This document shows, one piece after another, positions 15,090 through 26,500 of a stretch of 64,000 bases of DNA; position 1 is the stretch's first letter, and every line of letters begins with the position of its first letter. The position numbers and the translations under genes were made by a program. Origin of the DNA: Bugula neritina (lineage: Eukaryota > Animalia > Bryozoa); NCBI GenBank assembly GCA_964035545.1, contig OZ037767.1, forward strand, positions 30,210,628 to 30,274,627, read 5' to 3'. The notes under the pieces were generated by a model. The model was not told where the DNA came from. It was given only the letters and a program-made list of their open reading frames with translations, and ran no database searches.

Positions 15090-15160
15090 AGGCGGGAGAT
15101 AAAAACGTTGCTAAGCAGTACGTAAAGCGGAAACCCAGCATGAATCGTAAAAGGGTACGT
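15090..15160. promoter_or_regulatory. Candidate bidirectional promoter with RFX half-site
   Basis: Short CpG-containing island in very AT-rich DNA between two divergent genes; GTTGCTAAGCAGT (15107-15119), GCGGAA, a + strand donor-like AGG|GTACGT near 15155 and a - strand donor-like AG|GTAAGA near 14942. Confidence 0.4.
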
Positions 15161-16224
15161 TTAGCCCTGTCTCTTTAACTTTTGTTCGTGTAGGGTCCAA
15201 TCCTACGTTATGTTAGTTACTTTTATCCAGTAAAATTTTTGATATCAAATAATTAAAAACCTATTTAATCTTAGTTCTACTAAAATAAGCAATAATTTTG
15301 CGAAAGGATTTACTAGAACTATTACTATTAGGCATTAGCATTGAAGACCAGAATCGTAATGACATTCACAATCTCACCATAACAATTATTATAATTATAC
15401 TTTATTATAATGTTAATAATAATTATGATAGTTACATCACTATGAGTATGTTTAACTATATTTTACTTCATATTTTCCTAGCAACTTAAAGTTTCTTAAG
15501 TATCCTTTAAGTACAACTATAACATTAAGTTTAACTAAAACTAAAAGTATAAGCGAATAAGTATTAGTATAAGTATTAGTATTAGTATAAGACTAAGTAG
15601 AACTTATAACTGTAGAGTGTAGTGATAGTCTATAAGTATAACATTAACTCTATCGCTATAAGTATAAGTAGAACGGTAAAACTAAGAGTAGCAGTAGTCA
15701 GTATTAATATTATTATTACTATTACTATTAGTATTACTATTAGTATTAGTATTACTATTAGATTTAGTATAACTTAAACTATGAGATTAATCATTAAGTA
15801 TTATTTTAAGTTCGAGTAACTGTAAGGTTGTAACCTTTAATTTTAATTGAATTTTGTCCAAATTATACATAGTAATAGTTAACACTTAACAGACATTAAA
15901 TGATAATTCGAAAATTTAATTGTGGAATTGTGGAATCTAAAATATAATAATGACTAAATAAGTGATGGACAATTGATAAAATTTAAATGTTTAAATTAAA
16001 AGATTTTGTATGATTTTAATGTATCAAGTTATTCTAAGCCCTGGCAAATGAATGTTATTATGTTAATGTTTTACATTATTATATGCCTATTAATAATGCT
16101 AATAAACACAGTATTAGTGCTACTAGTAGGCTACTGTATTTAATAGTATTCAGCTGTCAGTAAAGTAGTTACTCCACAATTCCAAATTTTTGCAAGTCAA
16201 GATGCATCATTTTTTAGCTGTAGC

Positions 16225-18017
16225 CAGGGATGTAGTGGCAAAAACATTCTAGGCCATACTCTCAGGCCGGGGGCCCAGGGGGCCGCCTAGGCCCCCGGCC
16301 GCCGAAACCCTCAGAGCGCTTCTGATGCAAATTTATGCGAATTAAAGCCATTGTGAATTATAATTCTTCTGAAAAAAATCTGTGTTGAAATGTGCACTTC
16401 GCTATTATTTTCATACCATACCATGCAGCTACATGACGACTGGGCATTGCTGTAAAGTATATAAATATTCACTCTTGTCCCATACCTGTTGACTGTAATG
16501 TAATGTAATGTAGTCTTACTCAACTGCAGTTAGGTTTGTTCTGACACTAAGTCCAACCTGTACAGAAAAATTGCTGAATATCTCAAAAGATGGAAGGATA
16601 GAGTCAGGTAACAAGTGCTCTCCAAATGCAACCTGATTACTTTAAATAACTAATACACTGCCGTGCACAGAAAAAGAATAATAGATCAGAACAGAGGAAG
16701 ATTGCTAATCAGAAAATGTGTGTTGGTTATTTATAAAGAGCAATTTGAATTGATAACTCATTGGCAAGCAGAAATTGGTTGAAAACCTATTTGGAGTTTA
16801 TTAGAGTACTATATATCTAATCCATAAGGTGATACCGCCACACCTCCTTACACACAATAAAGCACACCCAAGAAGAGTAGGTTAACTTGGTTTTAAAATA
16901 AAACCCCTGAGCTTCCACTGGATACATCAAGGAAATATACCCCAAAAGAACAGATTTGACAGGTTTAATATGTGTTAACCTAGAAGATGATTAAATGTAA
17001 AGCCAGACTAAAGTACAATCAAACATAAAAGTTTACTTATGGTGGTGTACAGTTTGCAAAACCTTATTGCATTAATAATTAACATGCAATAATGCTAGGT
17101 TTTTGACCAAAATGTGGATATAGTACCTGTAGACTTCAGTGATAAATTTTCATTAGCCTCTCCTACACACCTAGTACTGTTTCTTGAAGACATTTTGATT
17201 TTATTTCTGGATTTCATGTTGGTTTTTTTCCAAATTCCATTGCTTATAGACAAAATGCAAGTCTACACAAAATAGATAAGGGCAACCTTCTAGCTGTCAC
17301 TGCCTTGCTGAGGCCACATTATTGGTATATTATAAGAATTCAGTCCCGCAAAATAAAACCTCACTTAATTGTGCTTAATTAAAATTTAAAAACCATGTTT
17401 TAGATCTTCCTGTTCCTCAGAGCACCTGCTTTTTTGAGTTTTCAATATTTTTTTGCAAAGTTATAGCCAAAAATCTACCCATTTTTGACCAATTTTACCT
17501 GAAAAATTTATTTTTCAATCCCTGCCAAATATCTCAGCAGGAAAGCACGGTATTCGAATAGAACAAACACTGTCGGAAACCTGAGAAATTTAGGCATGTC
17601 AATTTTTTTGATCTTTTCAATAGCCTTCATAGATTTTCTACAAGTTAGTGATTTATACACTGAAAATGAAATATTTTTTCCTTAGTAATCACCAATGCAC
17701 AGCACTTCGCGCTTCAATGAACACGTAGAGATGAGAAGATGGAATGTTGATAGCTGCATATTATTCATAGCGTAATCTCAGGCTAAATAATCACAAGTAG
17801 GCAACACGCATGCCACCCACATAGCATTAACATAACAAGAACTTAAACTAGATTGTGAGCGAAATTTATGATATTCTCGGTGAGGATGCCCAAACTATCC
17901 TGTGCACTAATCATCTTTCAAAAATATTTATGCCCATACGGGCGTATGGCCTAGAACAGTCTAATTTCTTCTAGGCCATACGGCGTATGGGACCGTATGG
18001 GTACCACTACATCCCTG
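16225..18017. mobile_element. Non-autonomous hAT-superfamily DNA transposon (1793 bp)
   Basis: Perfect 14-bp TIR CAGGGATGTAGTGG / CCACTACATCCCTG; perfect 8-bp TSD GCTGTAGC (16217-16224, 18018-18025); subterminal CTAGGCCATAC/CCATACG repeats; no transposase ORF. Confidence 0.9.
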
Positions 18018-18366
18018 GCTGTAGCTGTCATTATTGTAGTAGTATAGTAACTTAGTTTTCTTGTGCATCTGTAATAACAGTTTCAACCAAAGGATTTTCA
18101 GTTGTTAATGTCTATATGGCCATTGTTTGGCTGTACAATGCTACTGGCTGTATTATGACTATACTTCTTTTTTCTAAGCAAGTCTCAAAGTTATAAATCC
18201 TTGCTGCATTAATAAGAAAACATTATGTATTTTTATTATTTGGTAGTTCTGATAGCTTGCATGAGTATCACACAATTTAAATTCTTATTTAGTGTATTTG
18301 AGAAATTTTCAATAGTTTTTCACTAAATATGCCTTATCTTTTAGCACTATGTAGAATAAATCGTAA

Positions 18367-21300
18367 ATGGCCATTTCACGAAGGTTACAACGACATGTGG
18401 GGGCCAAGACAGAAGCTCAATCGTATGTATTTTTAATTTTATCTGCCTTAGATTTGTCTGACCATGTGACATGTCTACAGTGTTTTCAAGTCACACTTGA
18501 ATTAATATGCAGTGTCACTAATCATACTGATATTTTTCTTCGTTTTTTTCTTTTCCAATTTTTAAATATTCAGCTGGTAAAACTGGAAATCTCCAGGTAA
18601 GTTTTGTTGGTGTTTTGTTTGTAGATCTGAAGATGTGTTTCCCCCGGTAGTGGGCATGCAGGCTCCATTACCCCGACACTGCTTGCTGCCTGATCTAAAG
18701 CCTGCAAATGAAGGAAAGTTTCTGCTGTTCTATCTGTCATGTGCGCTCTTATTGATGGCTCTACAGTTCACCAACCTGTACAATGCTGTCAGCTGGCTGC
18801 CAAACAGTGTCCATGACTACATGGTGGTGAGGATTTGCTCTCTGTATACAATGATGTGTGTTGCCATGTGATAGTGAAGCCCATTAAATCCTATTTATTC
18901 AAATTTGATAAATTTCAAATTAAGCTGCAAAAGAATTGTTACTGATAACGCAAGCACTTTTAGGGTTAATAATACTGTCAAGAAGAGTACTTGTTTGCAG
19001 TAGCTTGTGTCTATCTAAGAAGTCCTCAGGCTATACCTCTAGTATGGCTTGAGGTAAAAGTTAGGCTACTTATGGTTTAATACTAAATTTTTACAGTAAT
19101 TTCAACAGTTAAATTTTATTAGATTTAAATACTTGGTTAATAATACTGTCAAGAAGAGTACTTGTTTGCAGTAGCTTGTGTCTATCTAAGAAGTCCTCAG
19201 GCTATACCTCTAGTATGGCTTGAGGTAAAAGTTAGGCTACTTATGGTTTAATACTAAATTTTTACAGTAATTTCAACAGTTAAATTTTATTAGATTTAAA
19301 TACTTGGTTTTTAAACAAAAGTATATCTTGCCAAATCTGGTGATTTTACTGCATATGACTTAGGACTTAATTTCTTTACACACAACTCACACCTTCCATT
19401 ACCAGTTTACTTAGCTGTTAGCAGATGTTCAAGGTCATTAGAAGGTTATATCTGTTCTCTTTTAGGACCTAGCCGCCATTGACACAGATTTGCTTGTTCT
19501 GCTTGTGCTAATACTCAGCTATAGAATGCTAAAATTCCTTATCGTCAGAATCAGCTGGCTCTTTCGTCCCAGAATGGTGAGTCAGTAGCTTATACAAAGT
19601 ACGCAATGAGCTCTTCAGTAGCTTATACAAAGTACGCAATGAGCTCTTCAGTAGCTTATACAAAGTACGCAATGAGCTCTTCAGTAGCTTATGCAAAGTG
19701 CAAAATGAGCTCTTTAGTATGATTTCAATTACTGTGTTAGACTTTCCTATAGTACTGCGGTATTTTTAAGCAAGTTGAATATTGCAAATCGTTGCTCAAG
19801 TTGCTGTATTATTTAGCCAAAGTGTGTTGCTTTGAATTTTTATTTCATGGCCAATAATATTGTGATGAATTCATGTTGCTTTTGGCCATCTGTCTCTACC
19901 TTCACACCAATAATTCTTAACAGAATATTTGCATTGGAGTTATCAGTTCTTTTTATTCATTGCAGGGAAATACAGTAGCCATGCTGGTTCAAGGAGCCTT
20001 ACTCTTCATCTATTTTATTGTCACTGTTATTCGGTTTATCTCCATCATCTATAAATATCCCCTCAACAAGTGGCTGTCGCTTCTGCTGCTGTAAGTGTGC
20101 TTTGGTAACTTTAGTCCTACTTATAGTTGCATGTAGGTAATTGTAACCATGCAAACTTTTACATGATTTGCTACCATGAAGATGCCAATATTCTGCTATA
20201 ATTTATTTGGTGAATTGAGAAAAATTCGTTTCTTACTTTACAGGTAGGCATGTTCAAATTACAGGTACCGGTAGGCGTTTTCAAATGGTAGGTAGATAAT
20301 TTCAAATGGCAGGTAGATATGCTCTATTGTTATCAACTGTGGGAAATAGAATGCATATGAATGTTATATTCCAGACCTGTGCTATACTTCCTGGTGTTTG
20401 GCCCCAACATACCTCAGATGCTGGCTAAGCACCTGCCATCTCTGTCAATATTCTCAAAGCCGAGTCATCCGTATGAACTTCTAGTCCCACCATCCACTGA
20501 GAAAACATCCAAGTAACTATCTTTATGTATCAGTATATAGTCAGATGTGTCAACAGTCTGTAGGAATATATATGTATATATATATGTCAGCACTTTGTAG
20601 AAATATATAGTATATATATGTCCACACTTTGTAGGAATATATAGTATATATATGTCAACAGTTTGTAGGAATATAATATATATATATGTGTCAACACTTT
20701 GTAGGAATATGTAATATATGTATCAACACTTTGTAGGAATATGTAATATATGTATCAACACTTTGTAGGAATATGTAATATATGTATCAACACTTTGTAG
20801 GAATATGTAATATATGTGTCAACACTTTGTAGGAATATGTAATATATGTGTCAACACTTTGTAGGAATATATTTCACGCGTGTTCTTTTGAACCGGAAGC
20901 TGTGAGACGAGAGGTTTTTCTGCTAAAAACGGATTTCAACTACAGACTGAAAATGGTGTTTTACGAGGTCACCATATCTACTTACTATGGAACTATCGTG
21001 CCTATTATATTCTGTAAGGTATGCTTTCAGTCATCTCAGTTGGATTTACTTACATTGTTTGTATTTCATGCAGTGGCACACACTAGAGCTTTGTAGTTCT
21101 GTGATCCAATCGTGAAATTGCATTTACATGACCAAATGAAAAATTATATGGAATAATTGTAACAGTGTTATTTGATTTAGCGGCAGGCCATTTGAAGCGG
21201 AAAATAAAAAGTTAGAGCTGTCAATTTGATTTGTTTTTCTCATCCCAAGTATGACTACACTAGTCAAGTGCGACTGCATACTACCGTTGTAATCTAATGA

Positions 21301-22990
21301 CTCACGCCATGTACTAATGTGAGCTGCTCTTTCTTCTCATTGTAGAGTACATTTCATTTAGATATGGCGTTTGTAGTTGGTTTCTCTATACTCACAGCAG
21401 TCTCTCTCTTTCTTATGAGCTTCATACATAAAATTCCCGCCGACTATTTGGATACTTTACATAAGAGTGCAGTGCACTTGGGGCGGTGGAGAAGGCATGA
21501 GGAGAGATTAGTCAGTGTGCCTCACTCTATGTAAGTATTTAGTATACTGTAAGTATGCTGTAAGTATTTACTATACTGTAAGTATTTAGTGTACTGTGCG
21601 TATGCTGTAAGTATTTAGTATAATGTAAGTATTTACTATACTGTAAGTATTTAGTGTACTGTAAGTATTTAGTGTACTGTAAGTGTACTGTAAGTATTTA
21701 GTATACTGTAAGTATGCTGTAAGTATTTAGTGTACTGTAAGTATTTAGTGTACTGTAAGTGTACTGTAAGTGTACTGTAAGTGTACTGTAAGTGTACTGT
21801 AAGTATTTAGTATACTGTAAGTATTTAGTATACTGTAAGTATGCTGTAAGTATTTAGTGTACTGTAAGTATTTAGTGTACTGTAAGTGTACTGTAAGTAT
21901 TTAGTATACTGTAAGTATTTAGTATACTGTAAGTATTTAGCATACTGTAAGTATTTAGTAAGCTATAAGTATATAGTATACTGTAAGTATAGGACCAAGT
22001 GTTTAGGTACATGTGTACTAATTACTTGAGTATGTGTGTACTAGCTACTTGGGTGCACGTGTACTAATTATACATCGTCGTGTCCAAGAGGTTTCAGTGT
22101 GTACAAATGTACCTACATTAAGCTGCATGTAAGTAGCTGTTAACTTATACTATCTCTATAGTGTATATAGTATATATGAGCAGTTTTCGTCCACTGTCCA
22201 AATTCTCATTGCATATTTCAGATGGTCTGAACTCACTATTTGGCCCAAGGGGGTGAATGTTAAACACGTCAAAGGCTTATTCAAGGCTGAAGGTATAAAT
22301 AACACAGCTGAACCCGGGAATTCCATGCATATCAAGTTTTATGTAAGTATCTCCTCTCAACAGATGTACTGTGAGCTGATACTGACATAGCCTGTGTACT
22401 CTACACTCCTGTGAACTGATACTGACATAGACTGTGTACTCTACACTCCTGTGAACTGATGCTGACATAGACTGTGTACTCTACACTCCTGTGAACTGAC
22501 TGCTGACATAGACTGTGTACTCTACACTCCTGTGAACTGATACTAACATAGACTGTGTACTCTACACTCCTGTGAACTGATACTGACATAGACTGTGTAC
22601 TCTACACTCCTGTGAACTGACAGCTGACATAGACTGTGTACTCTACACTCCTGTGAACTGATGCTGACATAGACTGTGTACTCTACACTCCTGTGAACTG
22701 ATGCTGACATAGACTGTGTACTCTACACTACTGTGAACTGACTACCTGCTGTCTGTTTAATGTTGCAGATGATGTTTAGTCAACCCGAGTACATCTACCT
22801 CCTCATCTCAGCCGTCTGCGTCTTATGCACGCTGCTCGAGTTTGCAATGCTGTCTAAATATAGACACTGGCAGCAGGTAATCTCGTGTGCTGGTCTACTG
22901 GGTACCAACTACTTCAGCCTCTACAAGGCCTGGAGAGACACTCTGATTCTCTACCAGGTTTACAAGGACGAGAATATTCACTACGACTAG
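18367..22990 (+). CDS. TMEM39: Transmembrane protein 39 family (TMEM39A/B-like), 9 coding exons
   Basis: Phase-consistent exons about 18367-18422, 18625-18826, 19466-19576, 19966-20090, 20374-20512, 20865-21018, 21346-21530, 22222-22343, 22789-22990. Family motifs: PRHC..PDL, LQFTNLYNAVSWLP, HACS..PEAVRREV..LKTDFNYRLK, LHKSAVHLGRW, WSELTIWPKGVNVKH, H.KFY.MF..P. Confidence 0.9.
18964..19309. repeat. Perfect 171-bp tandem duplication in TMEM39 intron
   Basis: GGTTAATAATACTGTCAAGAAG... starts at 18964 and again at 19135; GGTT recurs at 19306. Confidence 0.9.
19583..19718. repeat. 33-bp minisatellite, ~4 copies, starting just after a TMEM39 donor
   Basis: CAGTAGCTTATACAAAGTACGCAATGAGCTCTT repeated; donor GT at 19577. 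Confidence 0.9.
20545..20870 (+). repeat. 32-bp minisatellite, ~10 copies, each containing the 3' splice junction
   Basis: Unit core CAACACTTTGTAG|GAATAT; the last copy is the real acceptor (exon starts 20865). Confidence 0.9.
21531..21990 (+). repeat. 11/18-bp minisatellite built on the donor hexamer GTAAGT
   Basis: GTAAGTATTTAGTATACT and GTAAGTGTACT units; the first copy is the real donor at 21531. Confidence 0.95.
22365..22742. repeat. 40-41-bp minisatellite, ~9 copies, filling the last TMEM39 intron
   Basis: ACTGACATAGACTGTGTACTCTACACTCCTGTGAACTGAT repeated. Confidence 0.95.
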
Positions 22991-23575
22991 CTTAGCCATG
23001 GTTTCTAACACTTTAGGATGTAGTTTAGCGCATGCTATGGAACGTAGTTTAGTGTACCCGCTAACCCAATTAAGATCTCAAAACCTAGCAGAATTATTAT
23101 ACAATATGAATAATTCGAATTGTGTTTTATATTGAGTTTTTATTTTTAATGCTCTTTTGCATTAATTTAAATACAGCATCTGGAAAAATAAGAACGTGAA
23201 AGATTTATTGGTGTGAAAAGCGTAGCACCCTTACATGGAAAAGTTGACTGCTGAAAGATAGTTTGATATGGAAGATATGAGAAGAAAGAAAAGTATTTTA
23301 TACATCAACTTTCACCATAGATTGGAATAAATGTTAATGTGTTTCACACTGAAGTTAGAATTTAAATACATTGTATATAATAAGTTCTATGCTATTCTTG
23401 CGTAGAGAATGTTGATGTAAAGACAGTGTGTACATTGCGATGTACACTAATGTATTGTGGAAACAACTCTATTAACCAAATGTCAAGTCTATTTATACCT
23501 AAGCTGGTGTCTTACTCTTAGCATGGTTGATTAACTAAATTCTAAAATAGTGTGTTATCAATTCATATTTTTAGT

Positions 23576-26500
23576 TTACAGATATTTAGGGGGTGGTCTA
23601 ACATTGAGTCCAACCTTTTCGACTAGTCCCAAAGTACTGAGTTTACTAACACACAGTTGGTCTATGAAGTCCATTGCCAGATTCGCATCTGTTATCTCTC
23701 GAACTCTCACTCCGGTCTCTGTTGGTAGAATAACTTTACCAGTTTTTGCTATTCTTTCTTCAACTGCTGTTCGGAGACACTGTCGGTAGTTTGTACCCTC
23801 TGGGTGATATCCTGTGAGAATTGTGGGCAATTTTGCAATTCAGTCAGTTAATACTTGGGTGCAATATTATTGTAGCTACCAGTCATTAATTAATTAATAT
23901 ATAAACAAATTAGTAATTTATTGGATTACTTCTATTATTTAAGCTTAAATTTCTAAACATAAAAAATTGCCAGAACTTAGACTTAGGATTAAAAAGGTCA
24001 AGGTGAAAAATGTAAGACTTAGCTAGAAAACAGTTATTTCTTGCTCAAATCAAAGACGCGCTAATCTCATGTAGTTATTGAGTATAAAATAGATACTACT
24101 CACTAGCTAACTTCATGGACTCTTTGCCTTCAACTTGTGGACTCATCCAAAGACTGTCTTTATACTTCTTGAGGCCTGTAGCCGGTGGACAATACACCAT
24201 CCATATGAGCTCCAAGGCCTGTGAGATATACAAGATGTATCATAATGTGTGCCACATGTACCATGTGTTAACTAGTCTGCATGAGATAAACATTCACCCA
24301 GCAGTGTCTGATTATTTAGATTTCTTTGCAAAGGCAATAGATAGATAAGGTTCGTATTTTTGCTAACTTAATATATTTTCCGGTCTTTGTTTTTTAAGCC
24401 AGTTTAAAAATATTCTTGTTTTGTCACACTTGATTGATGTATAATTTACCAAAAGATGTTGTACAGTTACCTCGTGTTTAAAAAGACCTCTTCTCTCATC
24501 ACTACATATCCCTACTCTACCATCACCTACTATTGCTCTCTGCGCGTAGTGACACAGGGGACAGTTATCTGCAAACATACAAGACTTACTGGTGACAATT
24601 TACTTTATAAACTAAAAGCTTATTTCAAATTAGCAGTTCAATGCCGTAGTTGGTTCTCCAGATGTATAAGTAAGTAGGTTGGGCTGTACACTGTGTCCTG
24701 CTAACCAAAAGTTATAAAACTATGGCTATGTGGTACTCACTCAGACATTGCTGACCCTGAATTGCTGACTTTATAAGACCTATTGTTTTATACTCTGTCA
24801 GTTTCAGGACTCTGTCTTTACTGCTGGCAATATCTAAGAGATATCTTTTAGACGTTTCTTCATCGGAACATGTGACTGCGTACAGAACTACCTGTAAGGG
24901 TGAGATACAAACCTGATACTACAACAGATCTACCTGGGACCGCATATTCATATACTATAACAGTATACAGTACTGCCTGGTACAATATATTCATATATTA
25001 TAAGATACTTCACAGAGTTCTTTTACCACCCAAACCACAATTATCTGAATATTCACAGTTACAATTTTCTGCTTTTTTAAAAAGCTCGTCAGCTGTGTTA
25101 TATATGCAGTGTAGTCATTTTACCAGAAGCTTTAAGTTCTTGCATAAAGTAATATCATATTATAGAATAAACACTGGATGGACACAAACCTTATGGTCAT
25201 TTCTGGCTATTTCTGCCCATCTACTGGTCAGCTGAGTATGATAGCATTGTCCATCAGTAAAAGCAAAGCACAGTTTGGGCACTTGAGACCCGTCCCTTAT
25301 ATGATCGTTCACCGAGTTTGCTTTCTGGAAATGTAACGAGTTGCAGTAGCAGAATATTTTATAGCCAAGTTATTGATCAACAATATGACAGGCTAATAGT
25401 TACTATACCAATTGTCATTATAACTAACATATTCTATTAGTTTATACTTAAAAAACATCACGTGTTATAAGATGACACAAAACTTATTGAATTTTGAACA
25501 CCACTGCTGTTTTTGAATGATAAAGGAATTCTGCCGTGTTTTATAAAAACCTCTCAATGAGAAAAAGGTTAGTTCTCTGCCTAATCCGACATCATCCAGT
25601 AGGTAACACTTAATATGATGTAACAATTACTGTACTAAAGGTAGGCCTATAGCTTCTTTTATACCTGAATCAGCTCAGTCAGACACCTCAGAGCTGAGTC
25701 AGTACGAGTTATCTGTCCATATGATTTCACCAACTCATAAGTTAAACTCTCTGAAACATAAACTTAGGGTTTTATCCTTTATTAGTAATATGTGTGTTTT
25801 ATTTTGTTTGGTGCTGTAGCTGTAAGAGTTCAAACTTCAGTATAGGTGCAATTGGGATAAGGTAAACGGGTGTAACTTCATTGCTCCTTCAGTAATGGGA
25901 GTTACTGCACCTTGCAATAAATAGCACATTTTTTTAAAAAGAACATCGGACTACCTATAGAATATTACTTAGTTTAATATTCAAAATAGAGATCTCTAAA
26001 ATTATATTAAACACCCAAACACTCATCATCTAATATGTGACACTGCAATAAAGATGAAGCTAAATAAACATTCATGATAGCATATAACTATATTGCTGAT
26101 ACCAATATAGTCTTCTGTATGAGTTATAGAAACACATGATATTATTATTACCTAACTCTGACAGCAGTTCGTCTTTACTGCCATAAGAATCAAAGTCTAC
26201 AATTCTAAATACATCATCATTGTAAGGGACGATGGCCACCCGCACCTACAATGAGAATCACATGAGTTTTCTTCTTTTATAATAAACATAACTTTTTCAA
26301 AATACGTTTTGCATAGTTTCTAGCTACATGTAACAGTGACAGCATACCTTATCGTAAGCAATGTCACAGTGACCTATTATATCTTTGATTAGTCCTCTCT
26401 GCATATCATAAACAGCGCTGCCAATACTGGCTGAGCAGTCCAATAGGAACACGACGTCCGACTGTATACTACAACCTATGAGAATATCATTATAACAAAG

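Noticed and set aside
20545-22742. CRISPR-like arrays (32-40-bp repeats)
   Set aside because: Head-to-tail repeats without unique spacers, no cas genes, eukaryotic intronic context.
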